Positions 1 through 9,811 of a stretch of 51,251 nt of DNA are shown piece after piece (the first letter of the stretch is position 1; the number at the start of each line of letters is the position of its first letter). Position numbers and translations under genes: made by a program. Origin of the DNA: a virus (taxonomy: Duplodnaviria; Heunggongvirae; Uroviricota; Caudoviricetes); the IMG/VR virus record IMGVR_UViG_2870495154_000004, positions 1 to 51,251 of that record. The stretch is one strand, 5' to 3'. The notes under the pieces are model-generated. The model was not told the DNA's origin. It did not search any database and saw nothing but the letters and a program-made list of their open reading frames with translations.

Positions 1-249
1 TCATCTGATCTGTATCCAGCAGAGAAGGTCACTTAACAACCATCCGCAAGATTTCTTTCCGATAGACTTACGTGGTGGAAATGTTCCCTCCCGTTCAAGT
101 TTCCACGCTTGTGTACGAGAAATTGACGTGATCTCATATCGTTCCTTTTCACGTACCAGTCTGTCGCATTCAATCCCATAAGCTTTCAAAATGACCAGAC
201 GCTGTTCATCTGTTAATGGAAGCCACATACTACCCTCCTGATATATCAA
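1..249 (-). CDS. AlpA-like small DNA-binding regulator (phage/island transcriptional regulator family)
   Basis: 82-aa ORF; the C-terminal GWLLSDLLCWI segment resembles the AlpA/Xis-type HTH family; lies outside the prophage in AT-rich flank. Confidence 0.45.
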   Translation of the reverse strand: MIYQEGSMWLPLTDEQRLVILKAYGIECDRLVREKERYEITSISRTQAWKLEREGTFPPRKSIGKKSCGWLLSDLLCWIQIR

Positions 250-918
250 TACTTTTTATTTCCGGCATGAGCATGAAATGACTAAGTTTCCCGGATAAAC
301 AATGAGTGAAAGTCACTATCATTCATCCAGTCAACACCTTACAAATAAAATGTAATACTATGATTTTTATAGGTCAAAATACTGAATTGAAATGTCAAAA
401 TGGCTTTTAATGGAAAAAATAAAGACATATAGAACCAAATAAAAACAATCCGCGACCAATAAAAACAAAAATTAATATTAAAAATCCATTATGACGATTT
501 TTGTTGACTAAAATTAGGTTGGGATATATAAATAAATCCATGTAAAATTCAAACAAAGCATGGAGGAGTCGCAGGAAGGTGAAATATTTCCATCTAATTT
601 GTGATAATCATCACAAAAATAAGCTACAACAAGCGGAGGAAAAGACAATCTGTTGCTGAACAGACAGAAGCAGGCTACGAATGATCGGAAAATGAAGCAA
701 ATACGCTTATACAGAAGACGCAGAGGTAACTGACGGAGACAATCACAATCAGGAGAAAATTATCGTAAATAATGTATAAAATCTCAGGATATAAACAAAT
801 GTACACAAGCTATCCACGTAATCAGCGGCTGGCTCAGGATTAACGTTTCATTTCAGTGGACAAGATCGATTCTGTCTGACAGCGGACCAATATGTAGCAA
901 GCAGAAACTTCTGACATC

Positions 919-2550
919 ATGGTAACTCGGACAATGCAACAAAAGTATCAGTATGATCGTGTTTTATCCGGCGAACTCCACCCATTCCCTGGCATATACG
1001 AGGCGGTTTCCGAACAAATCCTTTTGCTCATTTTTAAAGCACGTCAACTATATCAGGATCCAGAATATCGCCCCTGGTTTGAAGAACAGCACAGAGTACT
1101 CTCTGCATTACGTGCCAATACAGAGCTCCTGAGAATCTTTAGAGAACAAAGAAGCGCTGAAGAACCAAAGCTTACTATTGAAGAGTCTACCTCCCCCCAA
1201 CCCACTCCTTCTGCTCTTACAGATGCGCTTAATGTGATGTGCCATTTATACAATGGTTTTGATGAAGGAAATATCAGTCTGAAAACTTGGGGGGCGATGC
1301 AAGAGGTACAGACAACATCAACCTTTATCAGCCCAGGAACGAGAACCTGGAAAACACCTGAACTGGCAAAGTTTGTAGGAGATGATTTATTTAATATTCT
1401 GACTGAATGTAAGGCCTGGAGTTCACCAATTCCAGCAGAAACCCGACAGGGGTATTGCCATCAGGATCTGTCTGTTGCGCACTCCTGCACCTCAGAGTTG
1501 CTGGCACACCTGAAGCAGTATCATGAAATAGATGAATCAACAATACTTGCCATAACAATTGGTCTGGCGGTTAACGAATTCTACCAGAATAAGCAAAATA
1601 TTCCAGAATGGCTTTCCTGTTTTGAGAATAAGAACAAATGGCCCTGGGACTGCAGGAAGTCAGATACTGAAGATGTGCACAGACTGAGAGAACGACTATC
1701 GATAATCGGATGTACAGAATTCGTAAAAAATATGTTTTCAGTCGCCAGTCAGCGTGAAATACAGACAATGTACAATATTTATGTCCATATTTATGCAGCT
1801 GAAATCTGTGGTTGGGTAAAAACAAGTATGGCGTATTTTAAACCAACAGATTTCATCCAGTACACATGGAAATTCGCAACAGTTACTCCGGATAAAGATG
1901 AAAAAACCGAGAATACGACCGCATGGGAAAGGGATTATTGTCAGATAACCATACAACGAGATGAACTCCTTAGATTGATTCGCACTAATACTCTGCAGGA
2001 TGCCGCAATTCATCTTTCAGGCTGCCTGCAATATGCATATCTGGAGTCAGTAAAGCATGATATTGACTATCCAGGAATAGCCCCTAATGCTGAAGAAAAG
2101 AAAATGAAACACACAGATTCTATTGAATTTTCTGGAATTCGGAATAACATCATAAATGCAGTAAAACGGCTAGAATCATTTGAAAAATGGTATGAAACTA
2201 ATAAAGTTTTGTTGGTAAGTAATAAAAAAATACGAACAGAGAAGATTGACGTTGTTGTACGACTTGCAGGACTGAAAGCCTATGATTTGCAGGAAGGGGT
2301 TCCGGAAGGTCTGAAATGGAAAGTTAAAGATGGCATAAATGAACGCATCAAAACCGATACCAGTTTATGCCTGCCTCAGGATATCAGTGATACATCGCTA
2401 AACCGTTATCGTCACGCTGTGACGCGCATTGTCAACAACGAAATCGACACATTACTGATGGAACAGAAGAAAAAAAATAAAAGATTCCCCTACAGCAAAG
2501 ATCGACATGCGATCCAACCTTTATGGAGCAAATGCTTGATCGAGCAGTAG
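919..2550 (+). CDS. hypothetical protein, 543 aa, no recognised domain
   Basis: long uninterrupted ORF preceded by about 670 bp of very AT-rich leader; no motif recognised by eye. Confidence 0.5.
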   Translation: MVTRTMQQKYQYDRVLSGELHPFPGIYEAVSEQILLLIFKARQLYQDPEYRPWFEEQHRVLSALRANTELLRIFREQRSAEEPKLTIEESTSPQPTPSALTDALNVMCHLYNGFDEGNISLKTWGAMQEVQTTSTFISPGTRTWKTPELAKFVGDDLFNILTECKAWSSPIPAETRQGYCHQDLSVAHSCTSELLAHLKQYHEIDESTILAITIGLAVNEFYQNKQNIPEWLSCFENKNKWPWDCRKSDTEDVHRLRERLSIIGCTEFVKNMFSVASQREIQTMYNIYVHIYAAEICGWVKTSMAYFKPTDFIQYTWKFATVTPDKDEKTENTTAWERDYCQITIQRDELLRLIRTNTLQDAAIHLSGCLQYAYLESVKHDIDYPGIAPNAEEKKMKHTDSIEFSGIRNNIINAVKRLESFEKWYETNKVLLVSNKKIRTEKIDVVVRLAGLKAYDLQEGVPEGLKWKVKDGINERIKTDTSLCLPQDISDTSLNRYRHAVTRIVNNEIDTLLMEQKKKNKRFPYSKDRHAIQPLWSKCLIEQ

Positions 2551-2642
2551 AGAACTGAGGGGATAACCGTTCTGTTATCCCCTGTTTATTCTGCCAACTC
2601 TCAGGTCTGTCAGAGTTCCAAGAACACGATGCGGCTGGCAAA

Positions 2643-3158
2643 TTATGCGGCTTTTCCATTAACAGATTCGGCCACAAGAACAACACCGTGTTTATTTCGA
2701 TCAGGATGTTCACTCCAGATTTCTGATACAGGAATACTTTCCCCGTCATAGCAGATCCGATCGCCATCAAACGGATAATACCGTGCGGAATCAGTATCTA
2801 AAATAAACACTTTCAGATTCGTTGAACGACGCGCTATATGCTACCAGAGGGCTTTACCTCCTTCATATTGCTCGTTATCACTTAATAGTATAACGCCCGC
2901 TTTTGTGGCTATCGTTTCATAAACAAACGTCGCAAGGCCAACATCACGTACAGCGCCATCGACAACAATCCCTTCAATCTGAGCAACGTCCTGTTCTTCC
3001 CAGAATTTCCGGACAAACACCCCTTCAAGCTGTGAACGACGCTGAAGCTCCAGAGTGGCAACAACCTTATGGCGAATATCACCATCAATAACAGAAGGTG
3101 CAGCTTCGATTACCGCAGCGAACGGAGTCTTTGGATCCCAGATGATCTGGTAAAGCAC
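2643..3158 (-). pseudogene. ORF interrupted by a single in-frame amber codon (105 aa + TAG + 66 aa in the same frame)
   Basis: 105-aa ORF ends at TAG (2841-2843); the same frame stays open for 66 more codons to a TAA at 2643-2645. Confidence 0.35.
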
Positions 3159-3531
3159 ACCCTGAATAGTTACTCCATCCAGTATCGAAAAAGACGAGCT
3201 ACAGTAGCAGGGGAGTAAGACATTGGAATGACAGCCATTTTATGGCCTAAAATTTGAAAACATTAGTATCAATACTGACCTCATCAGTCTGAGCATATAT
3301 TGATAAAGTTTTTATGTTTACACTCAATAAATACCTTGCCAAACAACTAATAGCGATGTCTACATTGCCATTCGACATGCTTACAATTTTTGTCAACAAG
3401 AAAGTCAATTTATATCAACGATAAGAAGTAAACACGAGGACACCAAAACCAAATGTACACACTTTTGTGCTTTGTGTCCCCTGTGTGTACCCAAATGACA
3501 AACTGCAAGAAAATCTAGGCACACACTTATC

Positions 3532-3594
3532 TAACTTATTGATTTAAATGGTGCCGATAATAGGAGTCGAACCTACGACCTTCGCATTACGAAT
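3532..3594. repeat. att core copy distal to int (63 bp; carries the 3' 46 nt of tRNA-Thr plus 17 bp)
   Basis: exact 63-bp direct repeat of 49791-49853; flanking sequence diverges on both sides. Confidence 0.85.
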
Positions 3595-4133
3595 TATAAG
3601 AATCCGCTTCTAATTCAAAGCATTACCCCATCAACACTGCGCTCACACGTCCCACCACATCAAAACATGTAAAGCCTTGCAAGCCATTGCGAGGCCTTAT
3701 ATGTCTCAGTTTTGTCCCACCTTGTATTACGACTTGCATAGCCAATGAAGATAAACGTAACGACAAACGGCACTGCAGTCTTCTTTTCTTTCACGACTTC
3801 CCCACACCCAGCATGCATACCTTTCTGCCACAACTGTAGTGAATGTCTGTTATGAGCGAAATATAGTCATTGACTACCGAATCTCTTTTCGCCGAAACGC
3901 GCTACTAAATAGCTAGCGCGTGCGCAATGGCACGTTAGTGCTGATATACGTCAGGAGTAAAGCGTGATGTAAATTTTTCTGATGAATTTTCAGAATGTAT
4001 CATCCGGGCTTACCGATGGCAGTGTCGTTTCGGCTCAAAAAGGTGTGAAATATAAATAGCAGCGCTGATGTTTAAATAATTATCAAGTCTGGCATGATGA
4101 GAGAGAAACTTAACTTATGCGAGGATCGCAAGT

Positions 4134-5504
4134 ATGCTGAATCTTATCGTTGTCGGAACCCCCAAATACTACACTTTTTTTTCTGAACCCAGTGGCAATG
4201 ACTCTTTCCCTGTGTCGCGACTCTTCGAATCCACGCCAGAGTCTCTTAGAAGCAGATTGCTTCCCCTGACTGAAAAAACCTATCATTTTCTTCAGGAACT
4301 GCCCGTTGTATTTATGTCCGAGCCGGAAATTGAATTCGATGAAGATAATGAAAAAATAGGTTATTTCAGCCACATCCGCTTAGGAAAAATCAGCAAGATA
4401 AGTACGTCCGTGTATAACAGAGAAAAAGTTTTAGCGTTTGATTATGAGATTACCAGTGATATCGGCTACAAGCCCTTAACCAGCGATAAAGAGTACGTAA
4501 GTGAGCTGGAGCTGGGCAGTTTCGGACTAAACAGAACGTTCTGGGCGGTCAAAGAGATTTCCGTAAATGAGATTCTGCGTGTTTTAGGCCTTGAAGGCTA
4601 TTCTAATGTTGAGCCCGCAGCAGCGAGTGCGGAAGCACCGGAGAATAATGAAGAACTAGAGATCATTGCGAATATCAATCAGTACTTGCAGGTGATACTC
4701 GATCATACACAGGGAAACGATGAAGAGGTATTTTACCGCGGTCACTCGGACATCAACTACCAACTGGAACCCTCACTGTTCCGCAAGGATACTCAGGGTA
4801 ACTATCGCTACCGCCATCACGAATCGGACATGATAACAGAGCTGCTGACCGTGCAGCCCGCCGAGTTCAAAGACGATCGGTATATGCTAGATAAACTCGT
4901 GCGCATGCAACACTATGGCCTACCCACACGCCTGCTTGATGTATCAACAAACCCCTTGATCGCACTATATTTTGCCTGCTCTAAAATCAAGCACGATGAA
5001 AATAATCATGAAATTGACGGGAACGTCATTATTCTGACGACGCCCAAAAGTGAAATTAAGTTTTTCGACTCGGATACCGTAAGTTGCATAGCCAATCTTT
5101 CCCGTCTTCCCTCTCGTTTCAAAAGCAGCCTGAAAACTAATCTCACCATTCCGGCGTTTAACGAATCTGAAGAGTGCGGACAACTACTACACCTGATCCG
5201 CGATGAAAAGTCCTATTTCAAAAGCATCATCGATCCGGTCCACCTAAGTAAAATTGTTGTGGTCAAAGGTCGGCTCAGTAACGCACGTATTTCGTCCCAA
5301 TCAGGCGCTTTCCTGCTCTTTGGTGAAAACGTAGACCTACCGGAAACGGGACTCAGTACGCTGAACATCAAAAAGCTTGTTATTAGAAACAAAGAGCATC
5401 TGATGCAGCAACTGAGCCGCCTTGGCATTAACGAAAGCACGGTGTACCCCGGCATTGAGAAGGCTGCTACGGAAATTGCAAAACTATACGATGGACGAAT
5501 CTGA
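4134..5504 (+). CDS. FRG-domain protein with an uncharacterised N-terminal domain
   Basis: 456-aa ORF; C-terminal half carries the FRG signature (VFYRGHSD...YQLEPSLFR...QHYGLPTRLLDVSTNPLIALYFAC); SD-like GAGGA upstream. Confidence 0.6.
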   Translation: MLNLIVVGTPKYYTFFSEPSGNDSFPVSRLFESTPESLRSRLLPLTEKTYHFLQELPVVFMSEPEIEFDEDNEKIGYFSHIRLGKISKISTSVYNREKVLAFDYEITSDIGYKPLTSDKEYVSELELGSFGLNRTFWAVKEISVNEILRVLGLEGYSNVEPAAASAEAPENNEELEIIANINQYLQVILDHTQGNDEEVFYRGHSDINYQLEPSLFRKDTQGNYRYRHHESDMITELLTVQPAEFKDDRYMLDKLVRMQHYGLPTRLLDVSTNPLIALYFACSKIKHDENNHEIDGNVIILTTPKSEIKFFDSDTVSCIANLSRLPSRFKSSLKTNLTIPAFNESEECGQLLHLIRDEKSYFKSIIDPVHLSKIVVVKGRLSNARISSQSGAFLLFGENVDLPETGLSTLNIKKLVIRNKEHLMQQLSRLGINESTVYPGIEKAATEIAKLYDGRI

Positions 5505-5645
5505 TAGCGCTTTAGTCGCACGGCACGCCTGTGTGCCAGCGTGGGCCCATAGCCGCTTTAATCGCCGTGCAGAATGCAGTTTTCAGGTAACTTCAGAGAA
5601 ACAAGTGATCTCATTTCGTTGTATTTATTAGCTGCGGAGTCATTA

Positions 5646-6698
5646 ATGGAAAGAATCAAGAGGAATCCCGAACGATTTGAAGCCTTTGAGCTTTTTTCCT
5701 CGTTGGGCCAGATCTATAATTACGATATTAAAAACCCCGAGCACCAGGATGACTTTATACAAAAGGTCACCACGTCATTAATCGCTTCCCATCAGAATCC
5801 AATTCTGCTGAACGGGAAAAGAATAGAAAACCTATTTAAACACGTTTGCGCCGCACTGAACCACTGCCAGTTTCTTAAACAGGAAGACGCCGGAGACTTG
5901 ATGTCAGCCGATCCCGATCTGGTGGCACCTGACTATCGCATTATACTGAAGGATCGCCGTCAGATCTTTGTGGAAGTAAAAAACTTTAACGCGGATGACG
6001 TGGCTGACGATTATCGCCTGAAGAAATCGTACAGTGATAAGGTTGAAAAGTACGGTGAGCTCCATGGTATTCCAGTTTATTATGCCATCTACATCAGGAT
6101 GCTGCGCCGGTGGGCGCTGGTTGCACGCTCCTCAATGAAGGAGCTAGAGCGTGAACATACCTTGACGCAGGCCTCGGCGCTCGCAAAAAGTGAGATGTAC
6201 CTGCTGGGCGACCTATCGATAGCAACAGAACCCGATCTGGTTTTTGAGCTTATCCCCGACCGGACCAAAGAAGTTTCAGTTAGTCCCGAAGGCATCGCCC
6301 ATTTTACAATTGGCGAGATTAAAATTTACTGCAATGACAGACAAGTAACGGATAAATTTGAAATGAACACGGCGTTTCATCTGATGCGCTACGGAGAGTG
6401 GCTCTGCCCCGGATCGGAGGCAATATTCACTGATGGTCAGCTTGAGAGCATCCGATACACATTTTCCCCGGAAGACGACGAAAATTACAAAAGACAGGGT
6501 TTCGACTTTATAGGTACGCTGAGTTCGCTGGTCACGTCGGCCTTTAACGAGCAGACTGTACACGACAGCCAGATCAGGTCAGTTGACACCCGGCAGAATG
6601 TCAGACTTTTCACGGTAACCATCCCTGATGATTACAAAGGGGGAGGCCTGCCTCTGTGGCGTTTCTCAATGCGGCCAAACTATGAATTTACCGATTAA
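5646..6698 (+). CDS. PD-(D/E)xK nuclease-fold protein (restriction-endonuclease-like) with an unknown C-terminal domain
   Basis: ORF with GGAG 6 nt upstream of ATG 5646 (track ORF opens at 5574); motif order E...PD...(14 aa)...EVK in APDYRIILKDRRQIFVEVK. Confidence 0.5.
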   Translation: MERIKRNPERFEAFELFSSLGQIYNYDIKNPEHQDDFIQKVTTSLIASHQNPILLNGKRIENLFKHVCAALNHCQFLKQEDAGDLMSADPDLVAPDYRIILKDRRQIFVEVKNFNADDVADDYRLKKSYSDKVEKYGELHGIPVYYAIYIRMLRRWALVARSSMKELEREHTLTQASALAKSEMYLLGDLSIATEPDLVFELIPDRTKEVSVSPEGIAHFTIGEIKIYCNDRQVTDKFEMNTAFHLMRYGEWLCPGSEAIFTDGQLESIRYTFSPEDDENYKRQGFDFIGTLSSLVTSAFNEQTVHDSQIRSVDTRQNVRLFTVTIPDDYKGGGLPLWRFSMRPNYEFTD

Positions 6699-7174
6699 GA
6701 GTAATAGTGAGACATTTAATCGGGATAAATCGCTCGATAATTCGTTGCTACTTCAACAACTTATAAATGAGAAGACCCAGCCTAATAACCTCACAATCAA
6801 CTTCATTGCGGATCCCCAAAGATAGACGGGCATAGGCGGCTTTTTATCACCTAAGCGTCAGCGCAACATAAATGATCGGGTCAATGGAATGACCTGTTCC
6901 CCGTTAAACAACACAGATGGTTGTTAGCCACTTCCGCACTTGGCATGACTTGTCCCACCGTTTGATACGTTACTATCTTAGTAATGTCCGCTTCTGGCAC
7001 GAAGCTATCGTAGGTTAGGCCCAAGGACAGCTTTAAGCGAGGAGCGGACGCTGAATTCGAATTCATCGTAAAAATTTTTATGGCCAAGTAGCTCTATAAG
7101 GCCTTTCATTAAAGCTATCTTTGTCGCAAAGCTTATGCAAAAAGTTACTTTATCTTTAAATCTAATAAGATAAC

Positions 7175-7990
7175 ATGATTGACGAAACCCCAAAATCAAC
7201 TTTACTTAAGCAAAAACGAGGCATGCAATTGAAAAAGATTAGGAAAATCAATAAAAAAATTATTGATGAATTGCTATCTCTTCGCGAATCAAGAGGAGCT
7301 ATAGAAGACTTCTCAATGTCTTTCCTACTAAATTTTGCAGAAAATTGTCGACTTATGCATTCACTTATTTCAACGAAAGATAAGAAAATAGATATTTATA
7401 AAACAGCATATCGACAATATTTTGTATTTCTAATCAGTTGCTGGGAAACATATTTTAGAGACGTTTTTGTTTTCGTGCATTCAGTTGATGAATCTAGAAT
7501 TACAACACTACTATCTAAAATGAGAACAGAAACATCTATCAATATAAACACTGAGATAAATCTATCAGAGTTATTGAGTAAAAGCTTTAACTTTCAAAAC
7601 TTAAACGACCTTGAAGAAGCATATAATGGCATGTGGGGTGAGAGTTTTTTAAACTACATATGTACAACTAATATATCTCCTTGCGGTCTGAGTGGCCAAA
7701 TTTCCCAAAGCTTATCGATAGAAAATATATTTCCAGACTGGAGAGCCCTCATAGAGGAAGCATTTTACATTAGGCACAAAGTGGTTCATGATGCAAACTT
7801 CAGACCTAAAGTCAACATTGAATTAATCAGTAAGGTAGAGGCTTTGTTTTTAATAATCCCACAATTTGCAACGCATATCATATCAGAAAGATTCAACTTA
7901 AAAAAAATCGTCATTTCAGATGGTAAAAATAACCATACCTATATTTTCAATATCAGTGATATATTATCTGATGATTGGGTTGTTAGTTGA
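7175..7990 (+). CDS. AT-rich hypothetical protein with HEPN-like Rx4H motif (candidate RNase / abortive-infection protein)
   Basis: 271-aa ORF in markedly AT-rich DNA; C-terminal motif YIRHKVVHD fits the HEPN Rx4-6H signature. Confidence 0.4.
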   Translation: MIDETPKSTLLKQKRGMQLKKIRKINKKIIDELLSLRESRGAIEDFSMSFLLNFAENCRLMHSLISTKDKKIDIYKTAYRQYFVFLISCWETYFRDVFVFVHSVDESRITTLLSKMRTETSININTEINLSELLSKSFNFQNLNDLEEAYNGMWGESFLNYICTTNISPCGLSGQISQSLSIENIFPDWRALIEEAFYIRHKVVHDANFRPKVNIELISKVEALFLIIPQFATHIISERFNLKKIVISDGKNNHTYIFNISDILSDDWVVS

Positions 7991-8229
7991 TGATGGGATT
8001 GTAAGTATATTAACACAAAAAACAAAGAATCTAATGAAGTCCGCTTCTGGCACATAGCAGCCATAGAGACAGTGGCGTAAAGTCATGGAGGATCGGTGGG
8101 AGGAGGTGCAAATCCTCTCATGCAAAAATATGTAAAATCGGTAGCAACTGGAAATCATTCAATACTCGCACTATCGGAAGTTCACCAGCCAACCGCAGCA
8201 CGTTCCTACATACGACGTGTCTGCGGTTT

Positions 8230-8584
8230 TCTTTTTCGCTTAGATTGTGTCTGGTTCTTTCGGCCACTCAATATCAGGTGCAGTTGATGTATCAACACGG
8301 TTCAGCAACACCCGATACTTTTTCCAGGCTTCCACCACCAGCACGACAAGATGCCGCATACAGTGACCCAGTCAGTCCAGTTTCCAGACAACCAGTGCGT
8401 CACCTTTTTGAAGGCGCTTTAAAGCGCGTTTTAATCCTGGTCGGTCTGTCTTTGTCCCGCTTAATTTATCTTCAAATATTTGTTCACATCCTGCACAAAC
8501 AAGAGCGTTTCGTTGCAGGTCTGTATTCTGGTCATTTGTTGATACCCTTACATAGCCAATCAGCACACTGAATCTCCCGTCCAA
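8230..8584 (-). pseudogene. pin: Pin/Gin-family serine DNA invertase remnant (frameshifted and truncated)
   Basis: first 70 aa ([23 protein letters not shown]...LVVWKLD) match Pin-type invertase N-terminus; premature TGA; invertase-like residues continue in another frame; C-terminal HTH missing. Confidence 0.65.
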
Positions 8585-8620
8585 AAGCGCAAATCATGCC
8601 ATGCAGGCCAGAAACGGCCA

Positions 8621-8648
8621 TTATCTAAAACCTCGGTTTACAGGAAAC
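8621..8648. other. gix/pix-like invertase crossover site (orphan)
   Basis: TTATCTAAAACCTCGGTTTACAGGAAAC resembles Gin/Pin recombination sites; lies about 55 bp upstream of the pin remnant. Confidence 0.5.
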
Positions 8649-8973
8649 GGTAAATCAGGCTTCTGGCGCATTACAGAAAAAACAGAACGGCGCAGATATT
8701 CCAGGAAAAGATACCTTCACCAAAAATATTGGTGCCTGCCGCGCATATAGCGCATGGCTGAATATTGGTGGCGATAGTCAGACCTGGACAACTGCACAAT
8801 TCATTTCGTGGCTGGAGAGTCAGGGGGCATTTAACCATCCTTATCATCCTTCCTCAAGTCGTTAATCGCGTGCGTAGCCAAACTCAATACATCAACATGT
8901 CGAAGCATGATCTGCCCTCCCATATACTGTTTTTATATACAGCGGTTGCACTTTAAAGGCAGATCAATAGCTG

Positions 8974-9801
8974 CTACGGAAAGGTAGACGGATTTGTTGG
9001 GATCGTGTCGCCATAGTACTTCCCGCCTGAACTGAATCGCCTGTTAAAGATATCCTGTTCAGACGCCGTGGCCTCTGCCATGGTCATACCTGCTGCAGTG
9101 AGATCGATAAAATGCCATCTGTAAAGGACGTATGAACGACACAAATTGTTCAGTAGCGTACCGAAACCGCTAGGTGACCCCCAAACCATATGGTCGTAGT
9201 AGGCAGTTGCGACAGCCATATCTGTGCCTGTTTTTGCTGACGCTTGAGATTTCAGGGCTGGATTACCCGTCAACCCTCCATCCAGACTGGCAATCAGCAA
9301 CTTATTATTAGATGGAGCTGAGTTATGCGACATCAACACTTCTACAGGGTTCTGGCTCGTCGATGACGGCTTATCTCGAGTAATACGATGATGCACAAAC
9401 ACTGCGAACTGATGATCATTCTGATGTGCAACAACGTACGGCAGGATGCCAGGGCAGCGGAACCGGGCCAGGTGGCCAGATACCTGATTGACCTGAGAGA
9501 CTATGCCATGAATACCAAGCTTTGGTGTTCTCTCAAACTTAACTTCAGTGCTACCAAGTGTGTTTGAATACTTAAAGGCCAAATCAGCCTGCGATACGCC
9601 AGTTAAAGTGGCGGCTGGAATCGCGGCTAAATTTGGCGTTGTCGATATATCAGTACCTGTCGCTGATAAATTAAAATTTTCATCTACTTCATAAGCATCC
9701 AGCAGCCCAAGAGACCCATCAGTTAACCCAGGGTACGGATAAAAAATAGGCATTCTTGAATCTGTAAAATTAGCTCCATATAAAGGATTGGCGCGGCCCA
9801 T
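8974..9801 (-). CDS. hypothetical protein downstream of the tail fibre gene (possible tail-fibre-associated protein; not Tfa-like)
   Basis: 275-aa ORF immediately following stf on the same strand; no motif recognised. Confidence 0.4.
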   Translation of the reverse strand: MGRANPLYGANFTDSRMPIFYPYPGLTDGSLGLLDAYEVDENFNLSATGTDISTTPNLAAIPAATLTGVSQADLAFKYSNTLGSTEVKFERTPKLGIHGIVSQVNQVSGHLARFRCPGILPYVVAHQNDHQFAVFVHHRITRDKPSSTSQNPVEVLMSHNSAPSNNKLLIASLDGGLTGNPALKSQASAKTGTDMAVATAYYDHMVWGSPSGFGTLLNNLCRSYVLYRWHFIDLTAAGMTMAEATASEQDIFNRRFSSGGKYYGDTIPTNPSTFP

Positions 9802-9811
9802 ATTTTACTCC

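Noticed and set aside
919-2550. 543-aa ORF as the integrase of a flanking island
   Set aside because: No tyrosine-recombinase catalytic motifs (R...HxxR...Y) or serine-recombinase N-terminus recognisable; left as unknown.
3532-3594. tRNA-like sequence at the left prophage boundary
   Set aside because: Only the 3' 46 nt of tRNA-Thr plus 17 bp; it is the duplicated att core, not a functional tRNA.
5574-5645. Upstream ATG (5574) as the start of the PD-(D/E)xK nuclease-like gene
   Set aside because: No ribosome-binding site, whereas ATG 5646 has GGAG at optimal spacing; the longer form cannot be fully excluded.
8245-8571. 108-aa plus-strand ORF
   Set aside because: Antisense to the Pin invertase remnant; no motif or start signal of its own.
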